Shown: one piece after another, positions 24,101 to 36,561 of the stretch
How positions within the stretch are numbered: the stretch's first letter is position 1
How the letters are laid out: each line of letters begins with the position of its first letter
DNA from: Paraphysomonas bandaiensis
Taxonomy: Eukaryota > Protista > Chrysophyceae
DNA length: 64,000 nucleotides
Reading direction: 5' to 3'
NCBI GenBank assembly: GCA_965644295.1
Contig: CBFFRP010000271.1
Location: 1 to 64,000, forward strand
The notes under the pieces: model-generated
What the model was told of the DNA's origin: nothing
The model's database searches: none
Seen by the model: only the letters and a program-made list of their open reading frames with translations
Program-made: the position numbers and the translations under genes

Positions 24101-25106
24101 TGATCATGTGTCCTCAGAGACTGGATTTACGCCGTTTGAGCTTGTATTTGGATCCGTGGACGCGGTATATAAGGATCTTTTGAAAGATTGTGAGGGTGAA
24201 CCGTCCCACATGCTGCTAAAACAGCTAAATGAGAATCTAACAGTGCTCCGAGAGGCTTCGAAGAAATTTCAAGATCAGTTGGTTGAAGAAAGAGCGAGTC
24301 AAGCGAGACTTATGCCCCAAAATATGTATGCGCCAGGAGATTTTGTCTTGTTTGATGCTGGTCCAAAACCACATCCTAAACTGGCGTGTCGTCATAAGGG
24401 TCCAATGCAAGTTGTCCATCAATACAAAAACGATGTGGATTGTAGGAATCTGATAAGTGGAGCAATAAAAAAGTTTTCGGTTGAGGATCTTGAGCTATTC
24501 TATGGTTCGGCAGAGGAGGCTTTCAATGCTGCAATGCGAGATCAGGAGCAGTTCATGGTCGATAAGATTCTTGGCTACAAGGGAGACTGCAGAAAGAGGA
24601 CTTCGATGACTTTCAAGGTTAAGTATGCTGATGGAGAAGTTCTTGATATTCCGTATACCCCTGATATCCTATGTGAGGCGTACTATGACTTCTGCCAGAG
24701 TAAGCCTTTCCTTTTTCACCTATCCTTGGACACGGATATGGCCACAAGATTCATACGCGACAAGCGCAAGGAAAACATTACCTCAGTATCACCGGGAGAT
24801 ACAGTATATGTGGATTTGAGATTCTTTGGGGACCTTTTCTATGAATCCCTACAGCTTCCAGACTGGGAAACTTCCAGCTATGTTGTTCCTTTTACCTACC
24901 TCCGTTGGTACCACAAGGGCGGGAGTCGCAAGAAAATTACCGTTCGATTTGACCTCAACAAGCAATTATATGGCTTTGATAATTACATGGTTTATGCGTG
25001 GGGCCGTCAATGGGAATTCGATGAATCCAGCATGATTCTCGTAGATGATACGATCACCAAGCACCACCCCGAAATCCTCGCTGTGGATGGCCCAACCCAG
25101 GAGTAG
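21193..25106 (+). CDS. pol: Pol of the gypsy element (protease, RT, RNase H, integrase, chromodomain), split by a 1-nt frameshift at the T-run 22647-22652
   Basis: PR: FDTGA. RT: RLCGDYR, DLTNAFHQI, LFDN. RH: TDASEFGIGAVL, EQE, TDHNNL, ADALSR. IN: HHCC and D-D-E, GPY/F-like KGPMQVV. Chromo-like FMVDKILGYK..FKVKY. Adding one T joins KREVHF to FGYNC. Confidence 0.93.
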
Positions 25107-25138
25107 ACGGGAAAGGAGGAGAAGGAGAGAGAGGGTAG

Positions 25139-26484
25139 TGTAAACCTGTGCAGGTTTAAAGCAGGTTTATAATCATCAGCACTATCTTCTATTTTATATG
25201 CTGGGCTGTGATATATAATTCTTTTGAAGAGTTATTATTATTACAGTTTGGATGTATACATATATATGCGTACATACTAACCTAGTTTCTCTCTTTCACC
25301 CACACATATATGTATAGGTTGTGACCCTTCTACAGAATATATATATATGTTGTATCCTTACCCTAATATATGGTATATATGTGTACATGGCTCTATATTC
25401 AACCAGTGGCCTGTAAATGCACATATGTAGCTTCTACAATCACCTATAGTACGTAAACAGTGTACACGTGCTTTTCCTGCAATCAGTGGATGTGTCTGCG
25501 GCTTCTTTACCGTTATTATATGCCTCTGTGTGGTTCATATATCCATTTCCAATTACTGGTGGCTGAGGGTTGCCATAGACCGCCTCTGTCTGGAAGAAGG
25601 ACCTGTATATCACCTGTCATGACTGTACGTACTGATTACATGATTTTACGGTACCTTCCATTCGATCATCACACTGTGTGGACCCTCGTACTGATGCTGC
25701 ACAGTCAATATACTATATCGCCTCGTACTCTATATCGGCAATTGAAGAAGCAGTGGTCGTTAGCGAGTACAATGGTAATGCATCTCTGGACATATTGTTC
25801 AATTTTCACGATAATCTGCTCGCTTATAAGTATGTTCGGTATGTGTGCTGCAATCACATTAAGATGGCAGTTAGGAGCGAGCTGCATCTCCTCTCAGCAA
25901 CCGCACTGTATACCGTATACACTGTATATGATGTATTTGCAGTATTCCTCTATCGTATGTATGCGTCTATATCACTCGTAGGTATACAGTATCAGTATAC
26001 TGTACCCTACACTGTATAAATACAGGAAGCGAATACTGAACCAATGCTTTCCCTATTCTCAATGCTGATTGGTCGAGTGCCCATTATCGTTTAGATGAGC
26101 AGCAGTTGAGAGTGTATACGGCAGAGTTCATACATTAATGTGTAGAGTATGAAGAAGAAGAATTCTCCAAGAACATTCATAAATATCGTCACTCCTTCGC
26201 AGAAAATTTGGATTTAGTCACTGTGTGGCTGTCAACGCCCAAGCGCATCGTCATTCTTTTTAGTTAAGCTTGTTCTCTCTTTGTTGGTTGTTGTAGCTCG
26301 TCACTTTTCTGTTTAGTACTGAACTGCATAGCTGGTGAGTTGTGCTTTAGTTTCTTGGGGTGCCGAGAAGCATTTAGTACTGCAGAAGTAGTATAGGTTA
26401 ATAATAAGCAACATTCTCTCTCTTAAAGCGAGTTTTAGCTTATTTAGAGTTTGGCTCTCAGGTCCCAACCTGAGTTCCATTGCA
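25139..26484 (+). repeat. 3' LTR of the gypsy element
   Basis: Direct repeat of 18435-19780, preceded by the purine tract gggaaaggaggagaaggagagagaggg. Confidence 0.95.
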
Positions 26485-26878
26485 CTAACGTGAGCCGAAA
26501 ACTTTCTCCCACTCATAGCCAAATGCTTGTGTGGTACAAGAGACACTAATAAGTGTCACTTGTGTAGACGTCTTTGGACCCTGACTAATAAACAGGTCAT
26601 CCGGGAAGGAGCCCACCTCATGGGCACCCGGGTATCGGCAAGAATTCGGGCTATTTACCTGAAGGACTCAAAATCCTAGCAGATGTCAGGTATATCAACA
26701 TTCTGCATGCTGCATGATGGCTGCGTCTGCGTTGAGTGATAGAGCAAAAGTGGTCGCACCTTGGTGCTTGCGGTGACACACAAGCAGCTTTCGTAGCATT
26801 AAATTGTAGGATATCAGAGTTTAGCACTAGTTAGTTGAATAGCAATGCTACATTAGTTCTGACTCTTACTTGCCTCTA

Positions 26879-29800
26879 GTAGTGAATGTCTGATTATTTA
26901 GCAATAGGCGTTGAGACCTTGCAGCAATTAGTGGCTAGAAGAATGCTAGTCATACTAGTTAGACCACTACCCGTAACTAATCAATACAAACTCTTTTATC
27001 CTACTATTTAACGCTACGAAAGCTGCTTGTGCGTCGCCGCAAGCACCAAGGTGCAACCACTTCCGTTCTTTTGTGTGATATGAAATTCGCCTTTATCGTG
27101 TGTCCGTGGACTCACCGGCGCTATTGATCTGGGGGTCTCCCTTTGGGATGGGTCTCCATTGGTGTTGGAGGGGGCTCAGCGTTCTGGATTAGGGGCCTGA
27201 GTGCACCTAGTTCCAGATGTGTGGGTTGAGAGTGGTGGGGATTGTTGGGAGGAGGAGTTGGGTTTGTAGTCTGTGTTACTTTGCTCCTGTGGGGCCGCGG
27301 GTGTAGATAGAGTTGTCGAAGCCGTCGGCGTTGTGGAGGGCTGGGCAGTCCAGTGCTCTGTCGGGTAGGACCTGTGAGGTGTGCACGTGTGTCTGGAGTC
27401 GGGGACGCTGTGGGGGGTCTTCGTTGGACCCCTAGTAGTCGAAGGACTCTCGGACGTTGTCTTGACTGACTGCGTTTCGGACGGGGTCTCGGGAGTAGCC
27501 TGGGCGGCCTTTTGGACATGGTGATATAGCGACAACCGCGATCCTGTAGCATAAGCTTCGCTGCAGTGTAAAGCGGTTGCAGGAGATTAATAACCGCTGT
27601 TTCTAGGTTCCGTAGACTGTGTGCCGTCAGGTGGTTGTGTATGGCATCTTCGAAGACCGTTTCCAGTTGGGCTGCTGTGATGGTTCCAGTCCAGTATCTC
27701 TCGACCTGTGGGATGGAGGGATTCCAGGCTCTGCTGGAGAGTCTCCGTAGTGCAGATGTGATCCAGTTGGGTAAGGTCTGAGTTCTCTGTATTTCGTGGA
27801 GCACATTTTTATGCGATTGAAATGCAGTTTCCCTTATTTGGGTGATGGATTCATGTGTGCAGTCGAGGCACATATGTTTTAGGGAATCTAGTCGAAACCC
27901 GCAGTCAGAGCATGCGGCTTTGGTCAGGTCAAGCCCCTGTTTGGTTTTGGCCCGGTTCCTCCCTATGCAGAAAGATTTGTCCCATGTCAGTGCCGTGTTG
28001 AGTATTCTTTGGCGTAGATTTGAGCTGAGTTTGTCTTTGGATGCACTGCCATCCGCTTGAGCTAGTTTGCGCGGGAGGTGTACTCCGCTATTGGTCCAGT
28101 AGCCAGGCGCTCGATCAGGATTGTGTCCGTAGCGTTGATCTCTGGTTGAAGTGTAGTTCTCAAGTGTCCTTAGGTCGCAGAGATCCTGGAAATTAGTAAG
28201 GAGTGGGCTAGAGTAGTATGGCCGTCTTGTACTGTGCATACGCCAGTGCCATAATCCAGCAGTTAGTAAGCGTTCGATGGCACTGTCAATCGCAATTGTG
28301 CAGACAGTGTAGTTATTTTTTCCAAGGATGCGATCGACTTCATGCCAGTCTTCACCCGCAACTGCGTCCGCAATATAGATGCCCTTGTCCTCAAACGTCC
28401 ACTCCGTTTCATCTGTGGTACGTCGTTCGGGATGAGACCTCACCCAGGTCACCTGTCGTTTGCAATCTCTGCTGGCTGCGATGCTTTCGAGTAGTACCCC
28501 TTTTGCACGGTGACCGAGAGCTCTGCGTCTTGTGGAGAGTGCTTCCTCAGTGCGGGTGCACACTGCCTGACAGTCTGTGTGGCTTCTTATGTGTTCGGGA
28601 ATACGTGTTGAGAGTATAAGCCCCATGGCTGTGCCTATGAGTTCATATGCGTATGAGTCCAAACCGGGCACGTCACGAAAGGGTGTATCTAGTCGTAGTA
28701 TTGTGGTTGTACCATCTTCCCAGGCATTTTCTGGGGGTAAGTAGACGACCGCTGCACCTCCTCGGTGTGTCCATCGGGTTCGCGGATTGACATGAGTGAG
28801 GCGACGAGTGGAGAGCGCACTGGCTGTGTATGATCCATCTGTGAAGATTGCCTTGAAAGTATCTGGTTGGACGCTATTAAGGCCGAGTTCTTGTTTTAGA
28901 TTGGTCAGCATGTGTTCATCCTGTGGTTCGGGGGGCTCAGGTTGCTGAAGGGTAAGGCCCAATTCCGTTCCCCATTCCCTGAGGCTGAGAACATAGTGGT
29001 GGTATTGGGGCTGTGGCTCTGTTGTCTGAGTGAGTAGAAAATGTGCTGCTTGACCTGCTTCTCCCCCGAGGGTTATTGCGCGCTGTAGAGATCCCCATTT
29101 TTGCTCCTGCGCTGAGTCTGAGAAACGTTTCATACCTAATCCGTTGTGCTTGAGTGAGAGGTAGATCAGTTCCGTGGGGTATCCAGGGCCTAGACTGAGG
29201 GCCTTTCTGTAGAGGGTTGCGCAAGCAGCGTCAATTTCTCTGTACCAGTGTAGCGGCCATGAAGCTTTGGTGGCTCTATAGAGCAAAGTCGGTATGATTT
29301 GGGTCTCGATAACCATGACTTTACAGCCGGCTGAGGCCTGTTTGATCCCTAGGTGTGTGGTCACGACTTTCAGGTATTTTAGACACCAGTCATGGGAGGC
29401 CTTGTCTGTGATTGTGAGAGGAAGGTCTGCTCCGAGGTAATGTATCGACTCTAGTGATGTTTGGATAGGGACTGGGTGTGGGCGCCATGACCAGTCGTAG
29501 AGAATGATGTAGCCAATGGGGTCGGAGGACTTGTTGGAATCCTGTAGGATCGGAAACACTGTGCAAACTACTTTGGGGATAGAGAGTTCCATTCCCGAAA
29601 GTACGCAGAACGCAGATATTTGTTGGGCAATGAGTTGGGCAGCGTGTATGGATTTAGCTATTGTGTTAAGATCATCCGCGAAGGAGATCTTTATTTCGCC
29701 TGTAGTCGGAGTCGTGAGTTGAATAGTTGGTAACGTTGGACTCGTTGTTGACAGTTCAATGTCCAGCCACGTGAGAAGGATGTCGTAGAGTGCCACCCAG

Positions 29801-30087
29801 GCGCATGTGGATTCTGTGCCCCCTTGGGTGATACCCCTTTCGGCTTCGAAACCCAGACTGAATAGTGCAATGAAGTGGCCGTCTGCGGACAGGAGGTCAA
29901 GGAGAGAACGTGGCTCTATGTTGTTTGCCATGAATGGTGTCCAGGGAAATGTTAGACCGCCGGCATCTAAGTTGCCAAACCAGTCAACTACATCGTCCGG
30001 AACGCCCAGTCGTGCCCACGCGAGACGCATGAGGTTAGGCGCAATTGAGTCGAAGGCCTTCTTGAAGTCCCAGAGTGTACATATATG
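26879..30087 (-). mobile_element. 5'-truncated non-LTR retrotransposon (LINE) encoding RT, RNase H and a Cys/His motif, with a ~240-nt 3' UTR ending ..cagacattcactac
   Basis: The open frame begins at the junction with WDFKKAFDSI, then GITQGG, SFADD and YLG (RT); FTDGS, YAYELIG, TDC and WVRSH..ADAVA (RNase H); CSDC..H..C. ORF 27121-30030 is uninterrupted. Confidence 0.92.
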
Positions 30088-31417
30088 CTGGAATCATTTT
30101 TGTGTAATTTAAACAGCTTATATGATAGCGCTTTCGTAAGTATGTCGGCAGCCATGTCTTTTGTTCATACGACATGTAACACCCTGGCTGTTAGAAACTT
30201 GCTCACGACGTACCCAATGACACTTTATCTGAATGTGCTTAGATCGTTTGTTGTGGTAGACTGGGTTTTCGGACATATCTATAATGCAATCTTTCTGTTC
30301 ACAAGGAATGTGTGTTGACTGCGTCGATGCTTCCTAGCTCTCGTAACAGCCCCCGTAGCCACGAGTGCTACTAGTCTTTTTTGCATTTCTGTATTTTGCC
30401 TGATATGTGTCACGTTTCAAATTATGAACATAATATATATTATGTACGGCTCACAACCATCAATACTCCGCTGTGTATAGTAGCGCCAGTATCTCTGTTC
30501 TTCTGAATGTCCTCCAGTCCTCCACTTGAAGCGACCTCTCTGTTTTTTATAGATGTTTGGTTCACGAACAGAATCACTCGTAGTACGTTTTCTTCTGAAC
30601 ACATGAGATTTACATCGGCATCGACTAATACTTATTATAATATCTCCGCTAGCACAGCGGCATTAGCTATCTTTCTCCGGAGGCGCTTTCGTATCTCCGT
30701 GTCTCCCGTAGATACTCTCTGCGAATTGATACTGTTAATACGTTCTAATACATTATTATATTATCCTCTACGATGACTCCCTCCTGTCTCTCAACCACTC
30801 TAGTAGTTTTGTATCGTCAACGTAATAAGTCTTTATCTCAGCTGCCTATAATTACTGACGGTTTAAGGCTTCTGTGCTGTGTGAGTACTCGTAGCTCATC
30901 AATTTCTAAAATATATTCCTGAGAACAAGAAGAAATTTTCTCGTCCGTTAGAACAACATGTTGTACAGAAGTGACTACATACGCCTTTTCCTGGTGTTTT
31001 GGGGGATAAGTACCGGAGATAAACTAACGTGAGCCGAAAACTTTCTCCCACTCATAGCCAAATGCTTGTGTGGTACAAGAGACACTAATAAGTGTCACTT
31101 GTGTAGACGTCTTTGGACCCTGACTAATAAACAGGTCATCCGGGAAGGAGCCCACCTCATGGGCACCCGGGTATCGGCAAGAATTCGGGCTATTTACCTG
31201 AAGGACTCAAAATCCTAGCAGATGTCAGGTATATCAACATTCTGCATGCTGCATGATGGCTGCGTCTGCGTTGAGTGATAGAGCAAAAGTGGTCGCACCT
31301 TGGTGCTTGCGGTGACACACAAGCAGCTTTCGTAGCATTAAATTGTAGGATATCAGAGTTTAGCACTAGTTAGTTGAATAGCAATGCTACATTAGTTCTG
31401 ACTCTTACTTGCCTCTA
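30088..31417. repeat. Right, uninterrupted copy of the 1,330-bp direct duplication flanking the LINE
   Basis: Equals 17495-18434 plus 26489-26878. It contains the empty gypsy target gataaaCTAAcgtgag. Confidence 0.92.
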
Positions 31418-31451
31418 TTGCTAAGAACTAAGAATAAGACATTCACTACTA
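30984..31451 (+). mobile_element. SINE-like element copy; its twin at 18391-18434 / 26485-26878 is split by the gypsy and cut by the LINE
   Basis: Family core plus a LINE-type 3' end ..cctctattgctaag..aagacattcactacta. Confidence 0.75.
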
Positions 31452-31546
31452 ATTTTTACTTATTGATTTTTTGTGAGTTCAAATTCAGCTACTAAGCTCT
31501 TTCACTATCTAAATACGTCAAATGTTGATAATCTGAGATAGTCATA

Positions 31547-31732
31547 AGTGGTTGCACCTTGGTTCTTGCGGCGACGCACAAGCAGCTTCTGTAGCGCTAA
31601 ATAGTAGGATAATAGAATTTGTGCTGATTAGTTATGGGTAGAGGTCTAACTAGTATGTCTAGCATTCAACTTGCCACTATATTGGAACGAGTTTTTAACG
31701 CCTATTGCTAAATAAAAAGACTTTCAATATAT
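31547..31732 (+). mobile_element. Short LINE 3'-UTR-only insertion
   Basis: aagtggttgcaccttgg..gcggcgacgcacaagc..cctattgctaaataaaaagactttcaatatat. Flanked by a possible TSD, tgagatagtcat, at about 31534 and 31732. Confidence 0.7.
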
Positions 31733-32779
31733 GAGATAGTCATGAACTTATACAGGCAATATATTATAGTCTCACAAACATAATTCATATCATATCACTA
31801 GGGCATGTAATAGTGCTTATAACTGGTGTATTTAGAACGTGACGGTCATAATTGAACGAATTTAATTTTAATATATAGCTTTTAAATGACTACAGACATA
31901 AAAAACTCAACAAAGACAATAACAAGCCATTGATAAAGGATAGTTTTATTCTTAACTTGTTTCATCAGAGTGGGTTCCAACAGCTCAAACTCCTACTCAA
32001 ATATATATATAACATCTATTTTTACATTGACACTAAGATATTGAATCATTTTCCATCTAGGAACTACAAGGGTGGTACTTCAGTGGTATTGTGGAATCAT
32101 CGCTTCCAGCAACATAGTTGAAGCGTTCTGAGTTCTACGTTTAATCGGGGGGGCGTTCTATGGAAAGTAACTCCACGGGTGCGGTGTTATGTCGCTCTTT
32201 GGAAAGTTTGTCCACTGCAAGTGCCAGGCGGATTTTGGCCGACTTGTTTGGTCCCCTCTTCGTCCGTGGACGTGAGGGTCTGGGATTAATGGCGACCTGT
32301 GTAGTACTCGTATGGTGGAACTAGGTCATTGTCTGATGTAATGGTTTTCCGAAAACCTAGGGTGGGTGCTGTTGGAGGAGGACTTTGCAAATTGTCAGTG
32401 GGTGGTGGTTTCCGTATGTCGAAGTCCTCGGGTGTTTAACATTTGCAAACCCCCTTACAATAGGGGTCGAAGAATGTCAATAACGGAGTCCTCAGGGTCG
32501 TGAAAGGCCTGGACGGGCATGGGTCTGTATATGATGCAAGTTGGCTGGCCGAGATGCATTCAGTCCAACATCTCTCATTCTGAGGGAGGGGTTGTCGGTG
32601 ATTATGCCGCCGTGGGTAACTTAGAGTAGGTGGATACATCCCGGGGTGAATGAGATACTTTGTCAAGGAGGTCTAGGAATTTTTAACTGAGCGTGATAAA
32701 AGATATCATCCACTCTGGAACTCACGTAGTTTTGGTCGCGGGTTCGATTTCCTGTGGTCGCATCATTGTGTATAAGGTC

Positions 32780-33260
32780 ATTTACTCAACCTTACATGCG
32801 GTAGAACATGACTAGAAGACATAGGAGGGGGAGTAATATTCTATAGTTGTCTGGTCTTGGTTATGCAGTCCTGCACTTGAATACTGTCGAGGGTGTATTG
32901 TATGGGTATGTTCCTCTTTACTGACGAGGTTGAAGATGATACTATACCACCACTGTCTTTCTTGCTATTCTGTATTCCTCTCAATACGGCCTAAGGCCAC
33001 TAATTATAGTGAGGTTGAGCGTGTTTATATAAATGTGATGATGATGCTAATCAAGACAATAAAAAACATCGTGCTTGAAACATTTGATACGGAATTCGAA
33101 AACGCGTTCTGAATTGCATGCCTGATGCAGTGTAACACGGTATATAATACAATACCAAAAGTCATACCTTCACAAGTTGTGGGGTCTCTTATCCTTGCAT
33201 TCCTCAGCAGGAGTCCCCATGACGTGTTATCGTTGTCAATCCGTTCGTAGACATTTCTTC
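32780..33260 (-). mobile_element. Relic of an intron-containing PIF/Harbinger-type transposase
   Basis: Splicing the GT-AG intron at about 33123-33168 gives SWGLLLRNARIRDPTTCEGMQFRTRFRIPYQMF, similar to the 'DP....G..FRRRFRvP..lF' motif of PIF/Harbinger-like nucleases. Confidence 0.45.
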
Positions 33261-33806
33261 TTGCAAAGATACGATCCTAACTGGACGCTGGAGATTACTT
33301 CATGAGCTGTTTGATCAAGGATGTCCTGCACAGAAAACTTTAGGGACAATGCAGCCACACATGAAATATCATGCTATCAACTTTACACAGTTACTTGTGA
33401 CTTGTGTCAATGCTTAATGCTTTGCTGCGCAGTATATTCAGTGAGATCAAGCGAGCAGAGAATGAGCAGAATTCAAAATTCTAAAAAAAAATCGCTGTTT
33501 TGTCTTCTGTCTTTCTCTCCTGTGTCTCCATTGGTACCTGACAAAACAATTTTTGCTGAAAAAAAATATAGTCATATCCAGATATATACATAATATTGTA
33601 GCGGGAACAATCCTTCACGATTTATTTTCAGTTTGTCTATTGAAGATTATGAACAGCTGTGAACTTCCTGTTCACACATTTCTGAAAAAGTGTATGTGAT
33701 AAATAGGCATGGTATTGAGTTAATCTTGATACATGTCCGTCCTCATTACGTAGCTTCAGCGCTGACATTGGGCGTATTTGACCTTAGAACACAGTCCAAT
33801 TCTGAA

Positions 33807-34880
33807 ATGAAGAGCGCAGTGTATGCCCCTGTTCCCGATAGTCTTGAAGAGGTGCAAGCTCAGGGCCCAGTGCGTGAAGTTCATATTGATGGATTGGTAA
33901 TGCACTCTATTTATAATGGTACCTTATAACACAACTTCTTTCTATAGGTTGCTCTTAAAATTGTGAAGCATTGCAATGAGAATTTACCCTCAATGGTTGC
34001 GGGTTCGCTGTTGGGTCTGGACGTGGACGGTGTCCTTGAAGTAACTTACTCTTATCCTTTTCCAACTACAAGGGCAGATACTGACGGAGAAGATGCCGCG
34101 GAGGATTCCGACGGACAAAATTATCAAATAGAAATGATGAAGATGCTGCGTGAAGTAAATATGGATAATAACTGTGTTGGTTGGTACCGGAGCACTCATA
34201 TGGGTACATTTAGTATGAATGATGTCGTCGAGTACCAATATGGCTACCAGTCTTCTGAGGATCTATCTGATAACAGTGTAGTTATCCTGTACAACCCCAG
34301 TCATTCCAAGAAGGGCCATTTAGATATCAAAGCGTTCCGTTTAAGTGATGAGTACATGCATCTACGACAGACGAGAAAGAACAACTTCGTGAAACCCGCG
34401 AATATTTTTGTTGAACTCCCAGTGAAAATTAAGAACGCCGGACATATTGCTGGCTTCATAAGATGCCTGCAAGATACCCATAAGGAGGAACTTAGCACAG
34501 AATTTGAGCCATTAGCACTCTCTGGTAGCGACACGTACGTAGAAAGGCACCTTGAGCTCATGAGCAGCTGGACGGACGATTTGATGAAAAAACAGCATAA
34601 TTTCCTCCTATATTCTCGCAGTGTGGCGAAGTCCCGACAGGAACAAATCAGATGGCTAAACCACCGCATACAAGACAACGCTCAACGTGTTGAGGACGGT
34701 GAATCGCCTTTACCAGAAACTCTCACCGAGTTAAAATCTCTCGACGACGAGCCGCCAAAGATTGGATCTTCCTTGATGCTCGGACAGTTGGGCCTGTATA
34801 CTGCACAGTTAAACCATCACGTAGATTCTAATTTCGAGAAGTTGTTTGCAGTTTCCCAGATGTATTCTTCTAGTAAATAG
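33807..34880 (+). CDS. EIF3H: Translation initiation factor eIF3 subunit H (MPN domain), exons 33807-33896 and 33948-34880
   Basis: VREVHIDGL|VALKIVKHC..VAGSLLGLDVDGVLEVTYSYPFP..YQIEMMKMLREVNMDNNCVGWY. 51-nt GT-AG intron. Confidence 0.95.
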
Positions 34881-35056
34881 ATCAATTTGTTGTTCGCATG
34901 TGCATCATTAATAATAATTATAGTTTATTCGGACCACGCATACACTTTGGTTATAGAGTCACATGAATCAGAAATACGAAATTGAGATGCTCTACATAAC
35001 TCTTTAACTCTCTTTACTACACATAGTATATTTCCAAGAAATAATTATAATATTTA

Positions 35057-35394
35057 ATCTCAACACTTACTTCACTTCTGGTGAGAAATAACACCCCAAG
35101 CTTACTATAGATCTATATATTATATATCATATGTTGAGGAGTCGATCCCATACCCATATATATATATATCATATATCAGTAACTAAATATTCTACCTTAC
35201 TTCACCCTTTATTACTACGTGTTGATCTCAACACTTACTTCACTTCTGGTGAGAAATAACACCCCAAGCTTACTATAGATCTATATATTATATATCATAT
35301 GTTGAGGAGTCGATCCCATACCCATATATATATATATCATATATCAGTAACTAAATATTCTACCTTACTTCACCCTTTATTACTACGTGTTGAT
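35057..35394. repeat. Perfect tandem duplication, 2 x 168 bp
   Basis: atctcaacacttacttcac...ctacgtgttg repeated with period 168. Confidence 0.9.
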
Positions 35395-36561
35395 TTCACA
35401 TGTTGCACACTGCGCACTATTGACTCACTTCTATTGCACAATATGCACCTCATATATAAAATAGCACACAACAGAACGCAACATTGCGTTTGATAAAGTT
35501 GAACAATCTAATGCTGCGATATAATAGTAACTGGTATATATCTGTTAATTATAAAGACGGTGGTTTGATATGTATAACACTACAATTATTTTGTTTATCT
35601 AGTTTTAGAAAGAGATGAAGTTCTTGATCATTTTTAGGGGACTGGAAGGTAAACATGACCTTACTACTGTAGAAACTTTGCGAATTACATACTTAAGTCA
35701 TGAATAGTTATGACAAATCCCGTGTAATCTTTGTGAAGGCGAACATGGATGTGGAAGCAGGGTGACTGTCTCATATCTGCGCGCGATCTCTAAGGCCAGC
35801 CAAGATGATGAACGGGTGGGCTGGTGTGTGGCTACATAGAATCAGCGCAAACTCTTGGTGTTATATGTGGTGTACCAGCAAGCCTACACTACAGCAGTGA
35901 CGATTGTTGAGTTTTGCTGTATAGTATAGCCATTAGTGTTGGAATTTCATTGTAGTTGTACTAAAGTAGCATATTGACTCCTATTGCTAAATAATCAGAC
36001 ATTCACTACTACTAGCATATTGACTGAGTCCCACAGTTATATAATATATATTTTATATATTGTTTAAGATCTTATACATATTGGGCTGCGGGGCCATGAA
36101 AAATGTATTGAATTGCAATATATTACAATTATTTAGTTTACTTGCTACAATATATTTATTATTATTTTAGAAATATTTGGCCTCGCAATATATTGCATTA
36201 TATATATATTATATCATTGTTCGTCCTTCTTGTGCGTCTTTGAAAGTATATTTGATTAATCATAAAATTTTATACAACATAATAATCACATAACTCATCT
36301 ATTACTACAATATCGTACGATTCTGATTACCTGCAACGAAGAACGCTATTCATGTTATTAGGTTTTCATCTTCATGTTGTTGAATTTGTAACCTCTACGG
36401 AGTTACTAACGATCGAGGAAATGTTTTCTTCTTAGCACCCAAAAAGTATTAACGCAATATTGCAATATAATTATTGTTTATCATTGGCCATTATACTATT
36501 ATATATTTTTTCCAGTAATATAATGCAATATACTTATTTGTTATCGGTCCTGTAAGGCGGT

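Larger units (their letters stand above)
18435..26484 (+). mobile_element. Full-length Ty3/gypsy (chromovirus-like) LTR retrotransposon, 8,050 bp
   Basis: Two 1,346-bp LTRs (TGTAA...TTGCA). 4-bp TSD CTAA at 18431-18434 and 26485-26488, confirmed by the empty site at 31024-31027. PPT at 25107-25135. Domain order gag-PR-RT-RH-IN. Confidence 0.97.

Noticed and set aside
32130-32690. GC-rich segment, possibly a LINE ORF fragment
   Set aside because: Composition resembles the LINE, but I could not identify a diagnostic motif.
32725-32765. tRNA gene (ggtcgcgggttcgatttcc B-box-like)
   Set aside because: Only a T-arm-like fragment; no acceptor, D or anticodon arms can be folded.
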